This document shows, in pieces, positions 31,649 through 43,520 of a stretch of 64,000 nt of DNA. The stretch is from an uncultured Thermoplasmata archaeon (GTDB lineage: Archaea > Thermoplasmatota > Thermoplasmata > RBG-16-68-12): NCBI GenBank assembly GCA_963768855.1, contig CAVYJM010000006.1, positions 64,001 to 128,000 of the forward strand, read 5' to 3'. Below the pieces are notes generated by a model, which saw only the letters and a program-made list of their open reading frames with translations, had not been told where the DNA came from and searched no databases. A program made the translations under genes and the position numbers. The first letter of the stretch is position 1, and every line of letters begins with the position of its first letter.

Positions 31649-32509
31649 CTAAGCCGCACTTTCTTCACGCCCGCGGTTCATCCATTTAAGGTAGAGCGGG
31701 CCGAAGGGGGTGTACTGCTTGATTTCGAGATATCCCTCGCGCGCGAGTTCCAGCGTGGCGCCGAAGCTTGAGGCCGTCACGGTCTTGCCGAGCAAGGACT
31801 GGGGGCTGTATTCCTCAAGGAACTTGTCGAGCGCGGCCCAATCGGGCTCGCCGCCAAGCAGCGACGACAGGCGCTCGCGTGCCATCTTGATGGACCAGAC
31901 CTCGCGCCCGCCCCATTTCACCTCGGTGACGGCGTTGCGCTGGCGCTGGTGGGCATAAGCCTTCAACAGATCGAAAATGCTGGCGGAATAGATGTTCGAG
32001 CGGACAACCCTGATGCCCTCGGGCATGCCGCGCGAGAATAGGTCGATGCCAAGCCGTTTGCGGCCCATCATGCTTGCAAGCGCCTCGCGCATGGCTTCGA
32101 GCCGTTTCAGGCGGAAAGCGAGCTGCGCGGCAAGCTCCTGCCCCGTGGGGCCGTCGTCCGCCTGCTCCTTCTCGGGCAGCAGCAGCTTCGATTTGAGATA
32201 CGCGAGCCACGCCGCCATCACGAGATAATCGGCGGCGACCTCAAGGCGCAGCGCGCGGGCGGCCTCGATGTAGTCGAGATATTGCTCGGCGAGCCGGAGA
32301 ATGGACAGCTTGGTCAGATCGACCTTCTGGCTGCGCGCCAGAACAAGCAGCAGGTCGAGCGGACCTTCGAAGCCGTCAAGCTCAAGAAGGAGAACGTCCT
32401 CGTCGCCATCCTCGGGCAGCCGCTCGGGCGCTTCCCACTCGCCGGGCGCCGCTTCCGCCTGCCTGCCGTCCACGTCCTGGCTCACGTCCGGTTCTCCGCT
32501 CGATACCAA
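31649..32509 (-). CDS. scpA: Segregation and condensation protein ScpA
   Basis: FEGPLDLLLVLARSQKVDL; ADYLVMAAWLAYLKSKLLLP. Confidence 0.95.
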   Translation of the reverse strand: MVSSGEPDVSQDVDGRQAEAAPGEWEAPERLPEDGDEDVLLLELDGFEGPLDLLLVLARSQKVDLTKLSILRLAEQYLDYIEAARALRLEVAADYLVMAAWLAYLKSKLLLPEKEQADDGPTGQELAAQLAFRLKRLEAMREALASMMGRKRLGIDLFSRGMPEGIRVVRSNIYSASIFDLLKAYAHQRQRNAVTEVKWGGREVWSIKMARERLSSLLGGEPDWAALDKFLEEYSPQSLLGKTVTASSFGATLELAREGYLEIKQYTPFGPLYLKWMNRGREESAA

Positions 32510-32514
32510 ATCCT

Positions 32515-32629
32515 GTCATCCCGCCTACGGCGTGCAGGCTCTTTCGACCGGAAACGCCGAAGGCGTTGTCCGGGATCGTTATGAACGCCGTGTACGATCC
32601 CGGATAGCCGCAAGCGGTTCCGGGATGAC
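32515..32629. repeat. GTCATCCCG-type palindromic repeat
   Basis: GTCATCCCG...CGGATAGCC..GGTTCCGGGATGAC. Confidence 0.7.
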
Positions 32630-32702
32630 GATGACCACGCAGGTGCCGTTCCAGGATGACAACCGGAAACAGCTTGACACGCTGGCGCGCAGTTTGAGTG
32701 AT

Positions 32703-33716
32703 TTACGCCATCGCGGCTAGTGCTTCCGCGCGGGCTTCCTCCGCTTCCTCGCGTGCGAACGCTTGCGGCTCTTCGCGCAGGGCGAGCGCGGCTTCGAAGC
32801 GCCGCAGCGCCGCCCTTCCAGCGGCGGCGAGGCCATGGCGACGGTGGTCATCTCCTCCATCTTGCCGTTGCAATGCAGCGCCAGATCGCAGCCGGCGGCG
32901 AGGCTCGCCCGCGTGCGCTCCTCAAGCGTGCCCGACAGCGCTTGCATGCTGAGGTCGTCCGACATCAGGAGCCCATCGAAGCCGATGAAGCCGCGGATCA
33001 CCTCATCGATGGCCTTGGCTGAGACGGTCACGGGCGCGTCCGCATCGATGGCCGTGAATACCACATGCGCGGTCATCGCCATCGGCAGGTGCCTGAGCGC
33101 CCTGAACGGCGCGAAATCGGAGGCTTGCAGCTCATCGAGCGGCGTATCCACTACGGGCAGCGCGAGGTGGCTGTCGGCCATCGCGCGGCCATGCCCCGGA
33201 ATATGCTTCATCACGGGCAGGATGCCGCCAGCCAGAAGGCCCTCCGCAACCGCGCCGCCAAGCTCGATCACGCTCTCAATGTTATCGCCGTAGGCCCTGT
33301 CGCCGATGATGTTGTCCGCGCCGGGCACCGGCACGTCGAGCACCGGCGCGCAGGTGGTGTTGAAGCCGAGCGCGTGCAGATCGTGCGCCATGGCGCGCGC
33401 GCACAGCCGGGCTGCCTGTTTCGCCCGCTCGCGATCCGCGTCCCGCAGCCGGGCGAAGGCGCGCGCGGCCGGATAGCGCGGCCAATGCGGTTCGGCAAGG
33501 CGCTGGACGCGCCCGCCTTCCTGATCGACCAGCACCAGAATCTCGCCTTGGGCTGCTTCGCGCGCCTCCCCGATGAGGCGCTTGACCTGCTCCGGGCTCT
33601 CGACATTGCGCGCGAACAGGATGATCCCGGCGGGCTTTGCCGCGGCAAGAAAATCCGCCTCGCCAAGCGAAGAGCGTTGGGCCGGATAACCCGCAAATGA
33701 AAGCGCGCTGGTTCAC
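32703..33716 (-). CDS. nagZ: Beta-N-acetylhexosaminidase (GH3), frameshifted at both ends
   Basis: VDQEGGRVQRL; KHIPGHGRA..DSH; MTAHV; SDDLSM; upstream of scpA. Confidence 0.92.
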
Positions 33717-33773
33717 GCGGCCTCCTTCATGTCAGCATCTCAACGGCTTGCATTTACAGGGCCTCCACGCTTT

Positions 33774-34420
33774 TTACGCCTTGGAGCGGATTGAATTTTC
33801 GAGCTCGCCTGGTAGGCGCTGAGCGCATCGGCGCACGTCGCGCTCTGGGGGCGCAATCTGAGAATTCGTTTCGTTCACACGTATTTTTGCGACCTCTCGC
33901 TCCAGGAATGGAAGCGCGCTCCAGTGCCTGCAGAAGTGGACCGTGCTAGCCGGAAGTCGCCTATGGCGGCTCCCCATTGCCTAACGCGGCAGGTCAGCCC
34001 TGCCTGCATTTCCTCTGTATGGCTCGGCGGCCTCGCATACTCCCTCGGCGATCCATCCCAATGCGAGGAAGCCGTATCGAGGCGTAAACGTAGCCCAGCA
34101 AGATTGGTGCCACGAAAACGATAAGGGCAAGAGCGCGAAGCACTTTCGCTTTGGCATCTACCAGCAAAGACGCCACGAGGTAACAATACGCAGCGTATGC
34201 GGCGGCAAAGCATACTAAGTTTGCTTCGTTGGCGGTGAACCCTAGGCCCAGCCAGGCAAACAGGATGAACGAAAACAGGCATGCCGCACTGATGGCTGCG
34301 GCCCGCGGTTGAATGTTGGGCACCCTTTCCGTATGGAGAAAAACGCAACGAAGGAGACAAGGGGCGCGCCCGCAAGGCCAATCCATAGAATGAACAACCC
34401 GCCTGCGACGTGAAACGCCA
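33774..34420 (-). pseudogene. Hypothetical membrane protein, multiple indels
   Basis: Hydrophobic segments LFILWIGLAGAPLVSFVAFF / ACLFSFILFAWLGLGF / LALIVFVAPILLGY pieced across frames downstream of mutL. Confidence 0.45.
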
Positions 34421-34481
34421 AGGCACGATCTACGATGCGTCCATGCTTCGGCTCCAGATAGCCAGGCGGCCCTTACACGAA

Positions 34482-36252
34482 TTACCGCCGCTCGAAAAGC
34501 CGCTCCAGCTCGGCGCGCGACAGCTCGACGTAAGTGGGCCGGCCGTGATTGCATTGCGCGGCGCTGGGCGTCGCTTCCATCTCCCGGAGCAGCGCGTTCA
34601 TCTCGTCCAGGCGCATGGCCCGGCCCGCGCGCACGCTGCCGTGGCAGGCCATGGTGGCGCAAATCGCGTTGAGCCGCGCCTCCACACTGCCGGTTTCGCT
34701 TCTCGCCTAGCTCGTGGGCGAGATCGCGGACAAGCGATTGAAGATCGCATTGGCCGAGCAGCGCCGGAGCCTCGCGCACAATCACGGCGCCGGGGCCGAA
34801 GCTTTCGATAACGAGCCCGCTATCGGCGAGCTTGCCACCATACTCCACAAGCAGGGCCGCCTCGTCCTCCGCCATCTCGACGATTTCGGGGATGAGCAGA
34901 AGCTGCCGCGCGATGCGCCCGCCGGTCAGCGCCGCCTTCAGCTTCTCGTAGACGATGCGTTCGTGGGCGGCGTGCTGGTCCACGAGGACAATGCCATCCG
35001 CGGTTTCGGAAACGATGTAGGTCTTGTGAAGCTGCGCGCGCGCGGTGCCGAGCGGCTCTTCGGCCGGCTGTTCGGGCGTGGAGGCGGCAGTGTCCTCGAA
35101 CGCGGTTTGAGGACGCTCGGCGAAGCCGTTCACTGACGCGGGCGTGGAGAAAGTCTGCGGTGGGCTGCGCAGAGGCGCGCGGTATTGGACGGCCGCCGGC
35201 CTGGGTTCGGCAGGCGGCGCGATTCGCGCGCCGATGGAGCCCGCCGGAACCGAAGCGCCGCGCCGCAGCGCTTCGTGCAAAGCCGAAACCAGGAGGCTGC
35301 GAACGAGGCTTGCCTCGCGGAAGCGCACCTCCGCCTTGGCGGGATGCACGTTCACGTCGACGGCCTCCACCGGCACGCTCAGGAACAGCGCGGCCAGCGG
35401 ATAGCGCCCGCGCGGCATGAAGTCCTGATAGGCGCCGCGTATGGCGGAGAGCAGCAGCCGGTCTTTCACTGGCCGCCCGTTCACGAACAAATATTGCAGC
35501 GAGGCATCCGGGCGGTTGAGCGTGGGCCGGCCCGCGAAGCCCGATATCGAAAAGGCATCGCGCTCCAGGTGCACCGGCTCCGCATCCTCGGCAAACTCGC
35601 GCCCCATGATGCGGGAGAGCCGCTGCCGGATCGCGTTTTCGTCGTGCGGATCGGCGCGGGCAAGCGAGAGGGAGGCGCGCTCGCCAACGGTAAGCGAAAA
35701 CCCGGTTCGCGGACAGGCTAGCGCCAGGCGCTTTACCACATCGGCGATGGCCGTGTTCTCCGCGCGCTCCGACTTCATGAATTTGAGGCGCGCCGGGGTG
35801 GCCGAGAACAGGCCGTGGACCTCGACAACCGTGCCGCCGCGCGCCGCCGCGGGCTTGATCGCGGATTTCTTGCCAGCCTCGACCGAGATTTCGAGGCCGC
35901 TCGCGGTGCCCTGCCGTTTCGTCACGATCCGCAACCGGCCCACCGAGCCCAGCGAAGGCAACGCCTCGCCCCGGAAGCCCAGCGTGCGGATATCCTGCAA
36001 ATTCCCGGCCGCGAGCTTGGATGTGGCGTGGCGCTCCACGCAAAGCGCCAAATCCGCCTCGTCCATGCCGCAGCCGTCGTCGCTCACGCGCAACAGCGAC
36101 AGCCCGCCATTTTGCGCGATCACCTCGATGGAGGAGGCGCCAGCGTCGATGGCGTTCTCAACCAGCTCCTTGACCGCGCTCGCGGGCCGCTCGATCACTT
36201 CGCCGGCGGCGATCCGGTTGATCTCGACCTGGCTTAGCTGGCGGATCGGCAC
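34482..36252 (-). CDS. mutL: DNA mismatch repair protein MutL, frameshift near 34700
   Basis: [27 protein letters not shown]; GFRGEAL; DQHAAHER; ACHGSVRAG; CNHGRPT. Confidence 0.96.
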
Positions 36253-36255
36253 CGT

Positions 36256-37572
36256 TTATCCCGCGAGATATTGGCGCGTGAGCTTCTTCCCGAGCTCCAC
36301 GGCCGGCTGATCGAAGGGATCGACGCCCAGGAGATCGGCGGCAAGGATGGTCTCGATGAAGAAATGCATCATCAGCGCGCCGAGCGTGCGCTCGTCGAGC
36401 CGCTCCATATCCATGGTGCGCACGGGCCGCTTCGCTTCCGCCAGGGCGTCCACGATGGCTTTCTGCTGCGCTTGGACGAGTTCGCCGATGCTGCGCCCGG
36501 CCAGATAGGGCGCGCCCGCTTCCGCCGCGAGCGCAGGCGGGATCTGGAGCACGGCATCTTGGCCAGGTGCCCCCGTGACGCGCAGCACGGTCATGAAATG
36601 GACCCGCGGCCCATCCATGAAGAGCTGAAGCTGGCTATGCTGGTCCACGGGCCCGAGCGTCGCGATTGGCGTCGTGCCTTGCCCGCCCTTGCCCAGGCTT
36701 TCGGCCCAAAGCTGAACGTACCAAGCGCCAAAACGCTCAAGCCGGTCCGAATAGGGCATGATGACCGAGTTCGTGACGCCCAAATCCTTGGCGAGCGCGA
36801 CGGCAGCGGCCGCGCCCACGGCGGCGGGATGCTCCTCCGGCGTGGTTGCGTCCATAAGCTGCCGCACCACGTCGAGCCCGCCGGCGCGGAAGGCGGCAAC
36901 GTCGAGGCCGCGCGCGAGCGCCGGCAAAAGCCCCACATTGGTGAAGGCGGAATAGCGGCCGCCGATCTCCGTGCTGTGCGCCAGCATCGGGATGCCGCGC
37001 GCCGCAAACAGGCCCCGCAGGCCATTCGCAACGCCGGGCTTTTCCGGCTCGGTGACGCCAAGGAACAGCTTCGGGATAAGGTTCGCGTGGCCTGCATCCT
37101 CGATGTACTTGAATGCGGTCAGCACCTGCAACAGCGTTTCTCCGGTCGTGCCGGACTTGGAGATCGCGATGAAGCGGGTTTTCGGGATATCGAGGCTGCG
37201 CAGGCCCTGCATGAAGGAGCGCGCATCGAGATTATCGTAGAAGCGCAAATGCGGGGGCTGTTCGCCGCCCGGTATGGACCAGCCTCCGAGCTGAGCCAGC
37301 GCCTGCCCGCCGAGGCTCGATCCGCCGGTTCCGAGGATGACCACGGTTTCGGCGCCCTCGGAAAGCTTGGCGTAAGCGGCGGCGGCCTCCTCGATGTCGT
37401 CCTTCTCGCTCAAGATGCGGAAGTGGGCGAAGCTTTTGGCCTGGGCTGCCTCTTGCAGAGCCTTGAAGCGCGGTGTGAGGAGGGAGAGCCACTGCGCGAG
37501 CGGGCCCTCAGCCAAGCCCGCGCCCCCAATCTTGGTGGAAAGAGCGCCCTCAATCGATTGGCGATATGTCAT
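36256..37572 (-). CDS. pgi: Glucose-6-phosphate isomerase
   Basis: LGTGGSSLG; ISKSGTT.ET; IGGRYS; QLWAESLGK; GPVDQHSQLQL; DPFDQPAVELGK. Confidence 0.93.
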   Translation of the reverse strand: MTYRQSIEGALSTKIGGAGLAEGPLAQWLSLLTPRFKALQEAAQAKSFAHFRILSEKDDIEEAAAAYAKLSEGAETVVILGTGGSSLGGQALAQLGGWSIPGGEQPPHLRFYDNLDARSFMQGLRSLDIPKTRFIAISKSGTTGETLLQVLTAFKYIEDAGHANLIPKLFLGVTEPEKPGVANGLRGLFAARGIPMLAHSTEIGGRYSAFTNVGLLPALARGLDVAAFRAGGLDVVRQLMDATTPEEHPAAVGAAAAVALAKDLGVTNSVIMPYSDRLERFGAWYVQLWAESLGKGGQGTTPIATLGPVDQHSQLQLFMDGPRVHFMTVLRVTGAPGQDAVLQIPPALAAEAGAPYLAGRSIGELVQAQQKAIVDALAEAKRPVRTMDMERLDERTLGALMMHFFIETILAADLLGVDPFDQPAVELGKKLTRQYLAG

Positions 37573-37723
37573 GGTGCGAATCCTTTTCGCTTAAGTCTGA
37601 ATTTCAGTGGCCCTTGCCAAGCCGCCGGGCAAGAGCCGGCTCATGCTTTCAACAGGTGAAAAAAACGCAAAATGAAAAAGCCCTGCATCCACGGCTCTGC
37701 CGATTGTGGGCCTCCGATAACGA

Positions 37724-37836
37724 AGCTCGCTCCCCTCACCCTGTCCCTCTCCCCATGGGAGAGGGGACGCTCTTTCAACGGCTGCGACCGGACTCCCTCT
37801 CCCATGGGGAGAGGGCTGGGGTGAGGGGAGCGAGCT
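37724..37836. repeat. REP-like double hairpin
   Basis: AGCTCGCTCCCCTCACCC...GGGTGAGGGGAGCGAGCT perfect outer inverted repeat. Confidence 0.85.
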
Positions 37837-37847
37837 AAGAAGGAGCC

Positions 37848-39207
37848 CTAAAGCCCGGCGTCGTGGATGCCTTCGGGCGCTCCCGCCACCGTGACGATCA
37901 GGTTTTTCGGCTCCATCAGGCGCTTGGCGATGCGCTTGATGTCCCCGGCCGTGACAGCCTCGACCTCGCTATTGCGCCTGTCGATATAGTCGATGCCGAG
38001 ATTGTCCTGCTGGATCGCCAGAAGCTGCTGGGCAATCTTCGCGCTGGTGTCGAAGCGCAGCGCGAAAGATCCGATGAGGTAGTCCTTGGCGGTGCGGAGT
38101 TCCTGCTCGCTGAGGCCCTCTTCAGCCACGCGTTCAAGCTCGGCCTTGATGAGATCCATCGACTGCCCGACGGCCTTGTTCTCCGTTGCCACGCCGCCAA
38201 CGAAAATGCCCGCATGATCGAGCGGGTAAAGGTAGGTGTAGACCGAATAGGCGAGGCCGCGCTTCTCGCGCACCTCTTGCATGAGCTTAGAGGAAAATCC
38301 GCCGCCGCCCACGACGTAGTTCAAGATATAGGCCGGGATGAAATCCGGGTCGTTGCGCTTCAGCCCCTCAAATCCGAACTGCACGACCGATTGCGGATTG
38401 GGCATCTGCACGACGCGCTGTTTGGACGCCTTGTCCCAGGCAACCTCGGGCACCGGCGCCCGGACGGATTTTTCGGGCAAAGCGCCAAAAATGAAGTCGA
38501 GCGTTTCAGCAAGCTGCTCCGCGCCGATATCGCCGACAACCGCGACGTTGAGGTTGTCGCGTGCGAAGTTCTTTTTCACATACTCGTGCAGGTCGGCGGG
38601 CGTGATGGCCGCAACGCTTTCAAGCGTGCCGTTCACGGGCTGGCCATAGGCGTGCGTGGCCAAAAGCCAGCTTGAACCATTCGTTCGAAGCAGCCTTGTT
38701 GGGGTCCTTCTCCTCCAGCCGCAGGTTTGCGACGATCTGCTCGCGGATGCGCTCCACGTCCTTGGCCTCGAAATGCGGTGAGGTGATCGCCGTCTGCAAG
38801 AGCTTGAGCGATTCCTCCCGGTTCAGGGTCAGCATCTGGAACGAGACCGTCATGTGATCGTGGGATGCGCTCACGCTGAATTTGGCGGCGAGGTCTTCGA
38901 GCCGGTTCTGAAAGGCTTCGGAATTGAGATTGCCCGAACCCTCGTCGAGCATCCCCGATACGAAGGTCGCAACCCCCGGCTTACCGTCAGGGTCCTGAGC
39001 GGCGCCGCCGGCAAAGGCGAATTGCATGCTCAAGATCGGCCTTGAATGGTCCTCAACGAGCCAAGCCTCGATGCCATTCTTGCTTGTGACTTTTTGTATC
39101 TTCATTGCGTTTGCTGGAAATGCTGCCAAAAAGAGGAGTGAAAGGGCTGCAAGCGGGGCCGCGGCGGCGAGCCGGAGGAGCTTGCCCCCAAGGATAGCGT
39201 GATTCAT
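37848..39207 (-). CDS. M16 family peptidase, non-catalytic-type subunit, frameshift near 38660
   Basis: IEAWLVEDH; GMLDEGSG (no HxxEH); GGGGFSSKLMQEVREKRGLAYSV. Confidence 0.88.
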
Positions 39208-39224
39208 AGGGTGTTACTCAATCC

Positions 39225-40685
39225 TTAGTGGAAGGTTCCGGTCTCGCTCCCCTCGTGCGGCTGCACCTTGGCGAGCTGCGACGGGATGGGAATGAGATAG
39301 CCGGTCACGGAGCGCTTGCGGTCCAGATATTTCGCCGCCACCGCCTGAACCTGCTCCCGCGTTACGGCCATGAGCCGGTCTTGCCGCGTTTCGACATCGG
39401 CGATGGTGCGCCCGGTCGCGAGGTTCCAGCCATAGGTATGGGCAAGGCTCTGCTGGCTGTCGGAAGCGTAAATCAGGTTGGCGATCTCGCCTGTTTTCGC
39501 GCGCTCCAGCTCCTCGGGCGTCACGCCATTGCGGATGACATCCTCGATGACGCGGTCCATCGAGGCCTCGATGTCCTCCAGTTTCATATCGCCTGCCGCC
39601 ACGGCGTAAAAGCCGAACCGGCCCATGTCGAGGGCAATGCCGCTGTACCAGGCGCTCGCGCTGGAAGCCTTCTTCTCGTCGCGGACGAGGGTGTTGTAGA
39701 CGCGGCTGGTGGCGCTGCTGCCGATGATGCGCGCCAGGACTTGCAGGGCCTCCGGCTCGCCCTCGGCGCCGGTCGTGGCGCTGGGCGCCAGATAGTAGCG
39801 CTCGAAGGTTGCCTTGCCGACGCGGCCATCGCGCAGGATGACGCGCCGCTCGGTCAACGGCTCCGGCTCGGCTGGGCGCACGCGCAGGGCCCCAACCTCG
39901 GGGTTGGCCGGGATCTTGCCGTAGGTTTCCTTGGCAAGAGCCATGACCTCTTCCGGCGCAACGTCGCCGGTGACGACGAGAATGGCGTTATTGGGGGCGT
40001 AGAAGCGCTTGTAAAAGGCGAGCGCGTCCGCGCGTTCCAGCTTGCGGATCTCGGTTTCCCAGCCAATGACGGGGTTATGATAAGGGTGCGCCAAATAAAG
40101 CGAGGCCATGATCTGCTCTTGCAGGAGCGAGCCCGGATCGTTGTCCACCCGGCTGCGGCGCTCCTCCATGATAACCTTGCGCTCGGTCAGCACATCCTTC
40201 TCGTCGAGCCGGAGGTTGGCCATGCGGTCCGACTCCATTTCCATCACCTGTGGAAGCTTTTCCTTCGCGACCCGCTGGAAATAGGAGGTAATGTCCTGCG
40301 AGGTGAACGCATTATCCTGGCCGCCCAGGCGCGCGACGATCTTCGAGAACTCGCCCGGCGGGACTTTCTCCGTGCCTTTGAACATGAGATGCTCAAGGAA
40401 GTGGGCGATGCCCGATTTCCCCTGGGGCTCGTCCGCGGCGCCCACCCTGTACCACACCATATGTGTGACAACCGGCGCGCGCGTGTCCGGCACCACCACC
40501 ACTTCGAGGCCATTATCGAGCTTGCCGTGGAAGGCGAGGTTCGAGGCCGGAGACGGCTGGGCCGCGTTGGCGGGAGATAGTGCAAGTGTCATAAGCAGGG
40601 CACCCAATAGTTGAATTTTCAGAATTCTGCCTGATCGGAAAGGACTTGAACAGGGCGCGGTTTGCCGGGCGTTGTGTAGGAACAT
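39225..40685 (-). CDS. M16 family zinc peptidase
   Basis: LDNGLEVVV; GIAHFLEHLMFKGT; NAFTSQDITSY; start uncertain (40685 or 40592). Confidence 0.92.
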   Translation of the reverse strand: MFLHNARQTAPCSSPFRSGRILKIQLLGALLMTLALSPANAAQPSPASNLAFHGKLDNGLEVVVVPDTRAPVVTHMVWYRVGAADEPQGKSGIAHFLEHLMFKGTEKVPPGEFSKIVARLGGQDNAFTSQDITSYFQRVAKEKLPQVMEMESDRMANLRLDEKDVLTERKVIMEERRSRVDNDPGSLLQEQIMASLYLAHPYHNPVIGWETEIRKLERADALAFYKRFYAPNNAILVVTGDVAPEEVMALAKETYGKIPANPEVGALRVRPAEPEPLTERRVILRDGRVGKATFERYYLAPSATTGAEGEPEALQVLARIIGSSATSRVYNTLVRDEKKASSASAWYSGIALDMGRFGFYAVAAGDMKLEDIEASMDRVIEDVIRNGVTPEELERAKTGEIANLIYASDSQQSLAHTYGWNLATGRTIADVETRQDRLMAVTREQVQAVAAKYLDRKRSVTGYLIPIPSQLAKVQPHEGSETGTFH

Positions 40686-41117
40686 GTAGGATTTGACCGT
40701 CCAAAGTGAAGCGCAGTCCCAGATATGGGCCTTTGGTTCGCTAGCCGCCACAATTCTTACGGCGATTTCATGGCGCGGCGGAAGCTGTGCCGGCAAGGTT
40801 GCCGGAATAGCCTCGCGCGGCACCGGTTTTCTTCAACGAGCAAGATTTCCTGAGCTCCCTCTTTTTGCAACATGCGGCGGCTTCCTTTTCCGTAAGCCGC
40901 TAGTAAGATAGCGATATGGCCAGTTGCCCTTATTTTCGCACAACCCAAGTGAAGCTTCGCATTTGTTGCTCGCTATTAAGTTCTCGTAATGCATTCTTGA
41001 GCAATGATCGGATTTTTTGCTGACGCCGATAGCCGGTTATGCTCTGGTCCATAAAATTGGCGTATTTACCTGATGCAGTTTCCATGAACTGGAACAAGCA
41101 GGAAGCCAGCCCAGGCC

Positions 41118-42969
41118 ATGGCTCACACGACACACCTTTCGCCCTCCGATGTGCCGCGTACAGGCGGGCGGGCGGAGCGTTTTTCCCAACCGTTCAAGCC
41201 GCGGCTCTCGCTGGACCGCCTGCTTTGGGCCGACCGGTCCCTGGCTTTGAAGCTCTTGCCCGGCGTCGCCGCCACTGGCGCCACCGCGCTGCTGGGGATG
41301 CCTTTCCTCAGCGCAATGGAGCGAGGCTCCGCATTTTTCGCGTTCTTTCCAGCAATTATCCTGGCGTCGCTGCTCGGGCGCTTGGCGGGCGGAACGCTCG
41401 CCGCACTCCTATCCCTCCTACTCGTCGGCATGTGGATCGCCCCTTTTCAAGGTGTGCCAAATCCGGCCGAAGTGCTTCCCTTCCTTGGCGCATGCACCGC
41501 CGTCGTTTTGCTGGCCGGGGCGCTGCATCGCGTGCACGGCCGGGCTTTCGCCGCGGCGCGTGAGAGCGCGGAATTTCAGACCATGGCCGCGGCGCTTGCT
41601 GAGCGCGAGGCATGGCTCAACGCCGTGCTCGACGGGGTGGCGGATGGCATCGTGACCATCGACGAACGGGGAACGATCAAATCCATTAACCGCGCGGCGA
41701 CTACGATTTTCGGATACGAGCCGGAAGAGGTGACGGGCTCCAGCGTCAACACGCTCATGCCCGAGTTCTGCCGCGAGGCGCATGATCGGTACCTCGCGGA
41801 ACATGTGAAATCCGGCAAGGCGGAGAAGGCCAGCCGCCGGCGGCAGGTCGAAGGCCGCCGCAAGGACGGCTCCGTGTTCCCGATGGATTGCGGCGTGAGC
41901 GATATCCACTTGGACGGCAGGCGTATGTTCGTTGGTATCGTCCGCGACATTACGGAACGGATGCTGGCGGAGGAAGCTCTGCAAGCCAGCGCGGAGTTCT
42001 CGCGCACGGTGCTGGAGTTCGAGCGCCGATTGCATCGAGGTCATGGATCGCGCCGGGCGGATCGAATACGTCAACGGCCCGGGCCTGCGGCTCATGGAAG
42101 CCGGCAACTCCGCCAGCGTTACCGGCGGACTTTGGACGGATATGTGGCCGGAGATGGAGCGGCCCGCGGTGGAGACCGCCATCGCCATCGCCAACGCGGG
42201 AGAGACCTGCCGCTTCTCCGCCTACCATCCGACGGCGAAAGGCACGCCGAAATACTGGGACGTGCTCGTCGCTCCTGTCCGCGATAGCGAGGGCCGTATC
42301 CGCAAGCTCGTTGCCACCGCGCGCGACATCACCGAGGCGAAAGAGGCCGAGGACCAAATCAAGCTGCTCATGCACGAGGTCAATCATCGCTCCAAGAACT
42401 TGTTTGCGGTCGTGCAGGCCGTGACCCGTCAAATGGGGAGCGGGGACGAGGCGAAGGCTTTCGCCGGGCGCCTTGGCGAGCGGCTCGCCGCTCTCTCCAA
42501 GAGCTACGATCTTCTCGTGAAAAGCGAATGGCGCGGCGTGAACATCGGCGATCTCGTGCATTCCCAGCTCGGACATTTCAAAGACCTGATCGGTGAACGC
42601 GTATTCGTCGAAGGCCCGCCCGCGCAACTGACCCCCCCCGCGGCGCAGTCCATTGGCATGGCGCTACACGAGTTGGCGACCAATGCCAGCAAATACGGCG
42701 CGCTATCGAATGCGGAGGGCAAGGTCCGCGTCTCGTGGGTGGTCGCGCAATGCGGCGAGGAACGGTATTTTAGAATGAGATGGTCCGAGGAAGGCGGCCC
42801 GCCCGTGAAGAAGCCGGAGCGCCGCGGCTTCGGCCGCACCGTTCTCGTGAGGCTGGCCGGGCATGCACTCGGTGCGAAGATTATTCTGGACTTCCCGCCA
42901 TCTGGCCTGGTTTGGATGCTCTCCGCGGAGGCAGGCAACGTCATCGAGGCGGATGAGCCGCATTGCTGA
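41118..42969 (+). CDS. Membrane-anchored PAS-PAS HWE histidine kinase, frameshift near 42015
   Basis: HEVNHRSKNLFAVV; LHELATNASKYGALS; WSEEGGP; FixL-like PAS (LMP..CREAHDRY..GRRKDGSVFP). Confidence 0.9.
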
Positions 42970-42996
42970 GGGGCGCTTCGTCCCCGTTTCCACACC

Positions 42997-43083
42997 GTCA
43001 TTGCGAGCGAAGCAATCCGGAAGGCAAAAAACGTGGTGCCAGTTTCCGGATCGCCACGGCCGCCAAGGCGGCCTCGCGATGAC
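42997..43083. repeat. GTCATTGCGAG-type REP
   Basis: GTCATTGCGAGCGAAGCAATCC...GGATCGCC...CTCGCGATGAC. Confidence 0.7.
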
Positions 43084-43124
43084 GGGGAGTGTGCCGGAAC
43101 GGTCAGGACTTTTGACGGTTGGTA

Positions 43125-43520
43125 TTACACGTCGTTGAGCCAGCTCAGGATTGGCGGACGCGCCGACAGCACATCCACGATCTGATCCATCGCCGCGATA
43201 TGATAATGGTGCCCATCCTTGTCGATGGCATCGGTCGCCTGAGCGTAGAACCATCTCGCATAGCGCGAGTTGTGCACGATGAAGATCGGCCAGGGATAGA
43301 TGCTGTTCGCTTCGTATATGGTGCGCAGCAGGTATTTCTCCTGCGTACCGCGGTGGCATAGCGGCGCGTCGAATAGAATGCGCAGCTCCCTGAATTTAGG
43401 GTCCTGCGCTTTCAAAATGAGCCGGAAGCCCTCCCTGTCGTCGTGCATGGCGTCGAGAAACATCTTGGGCGCCAAGCCGTCGATGGGCTGCCATCGCTCG
43501 AACCGTTCTTCCTCTGCCAT
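43125..43520 (-). CDS. Hypothetical protein
   Basis: Aromatic-rich ORF (ERWQPI...NSRYARWF...HYHI...IVDVLS); the ORF track start 43595 is an alternative. Confidence 0.6.
   Translation of the reverse strand: MAEEERFERWQPIDGLAPKMFLDAMHDDREGFRLILKAQDPKFRELRILFDAPLCHRGTQEKYLLRTIYEANSIYPWPIFIVHNSRYARWFYAQATDAIDKDGHHYHIAAMDQIVDVLSARPPILSWLNDV

Noticed and set aside
33994-36252. MutL fused to a membrane domain (752 aa)
   Set aside because: The true MutL C-terminus (CHGS, CNHGRPT) is in another frame ending at 34482, so the fusion is an indel artefact.
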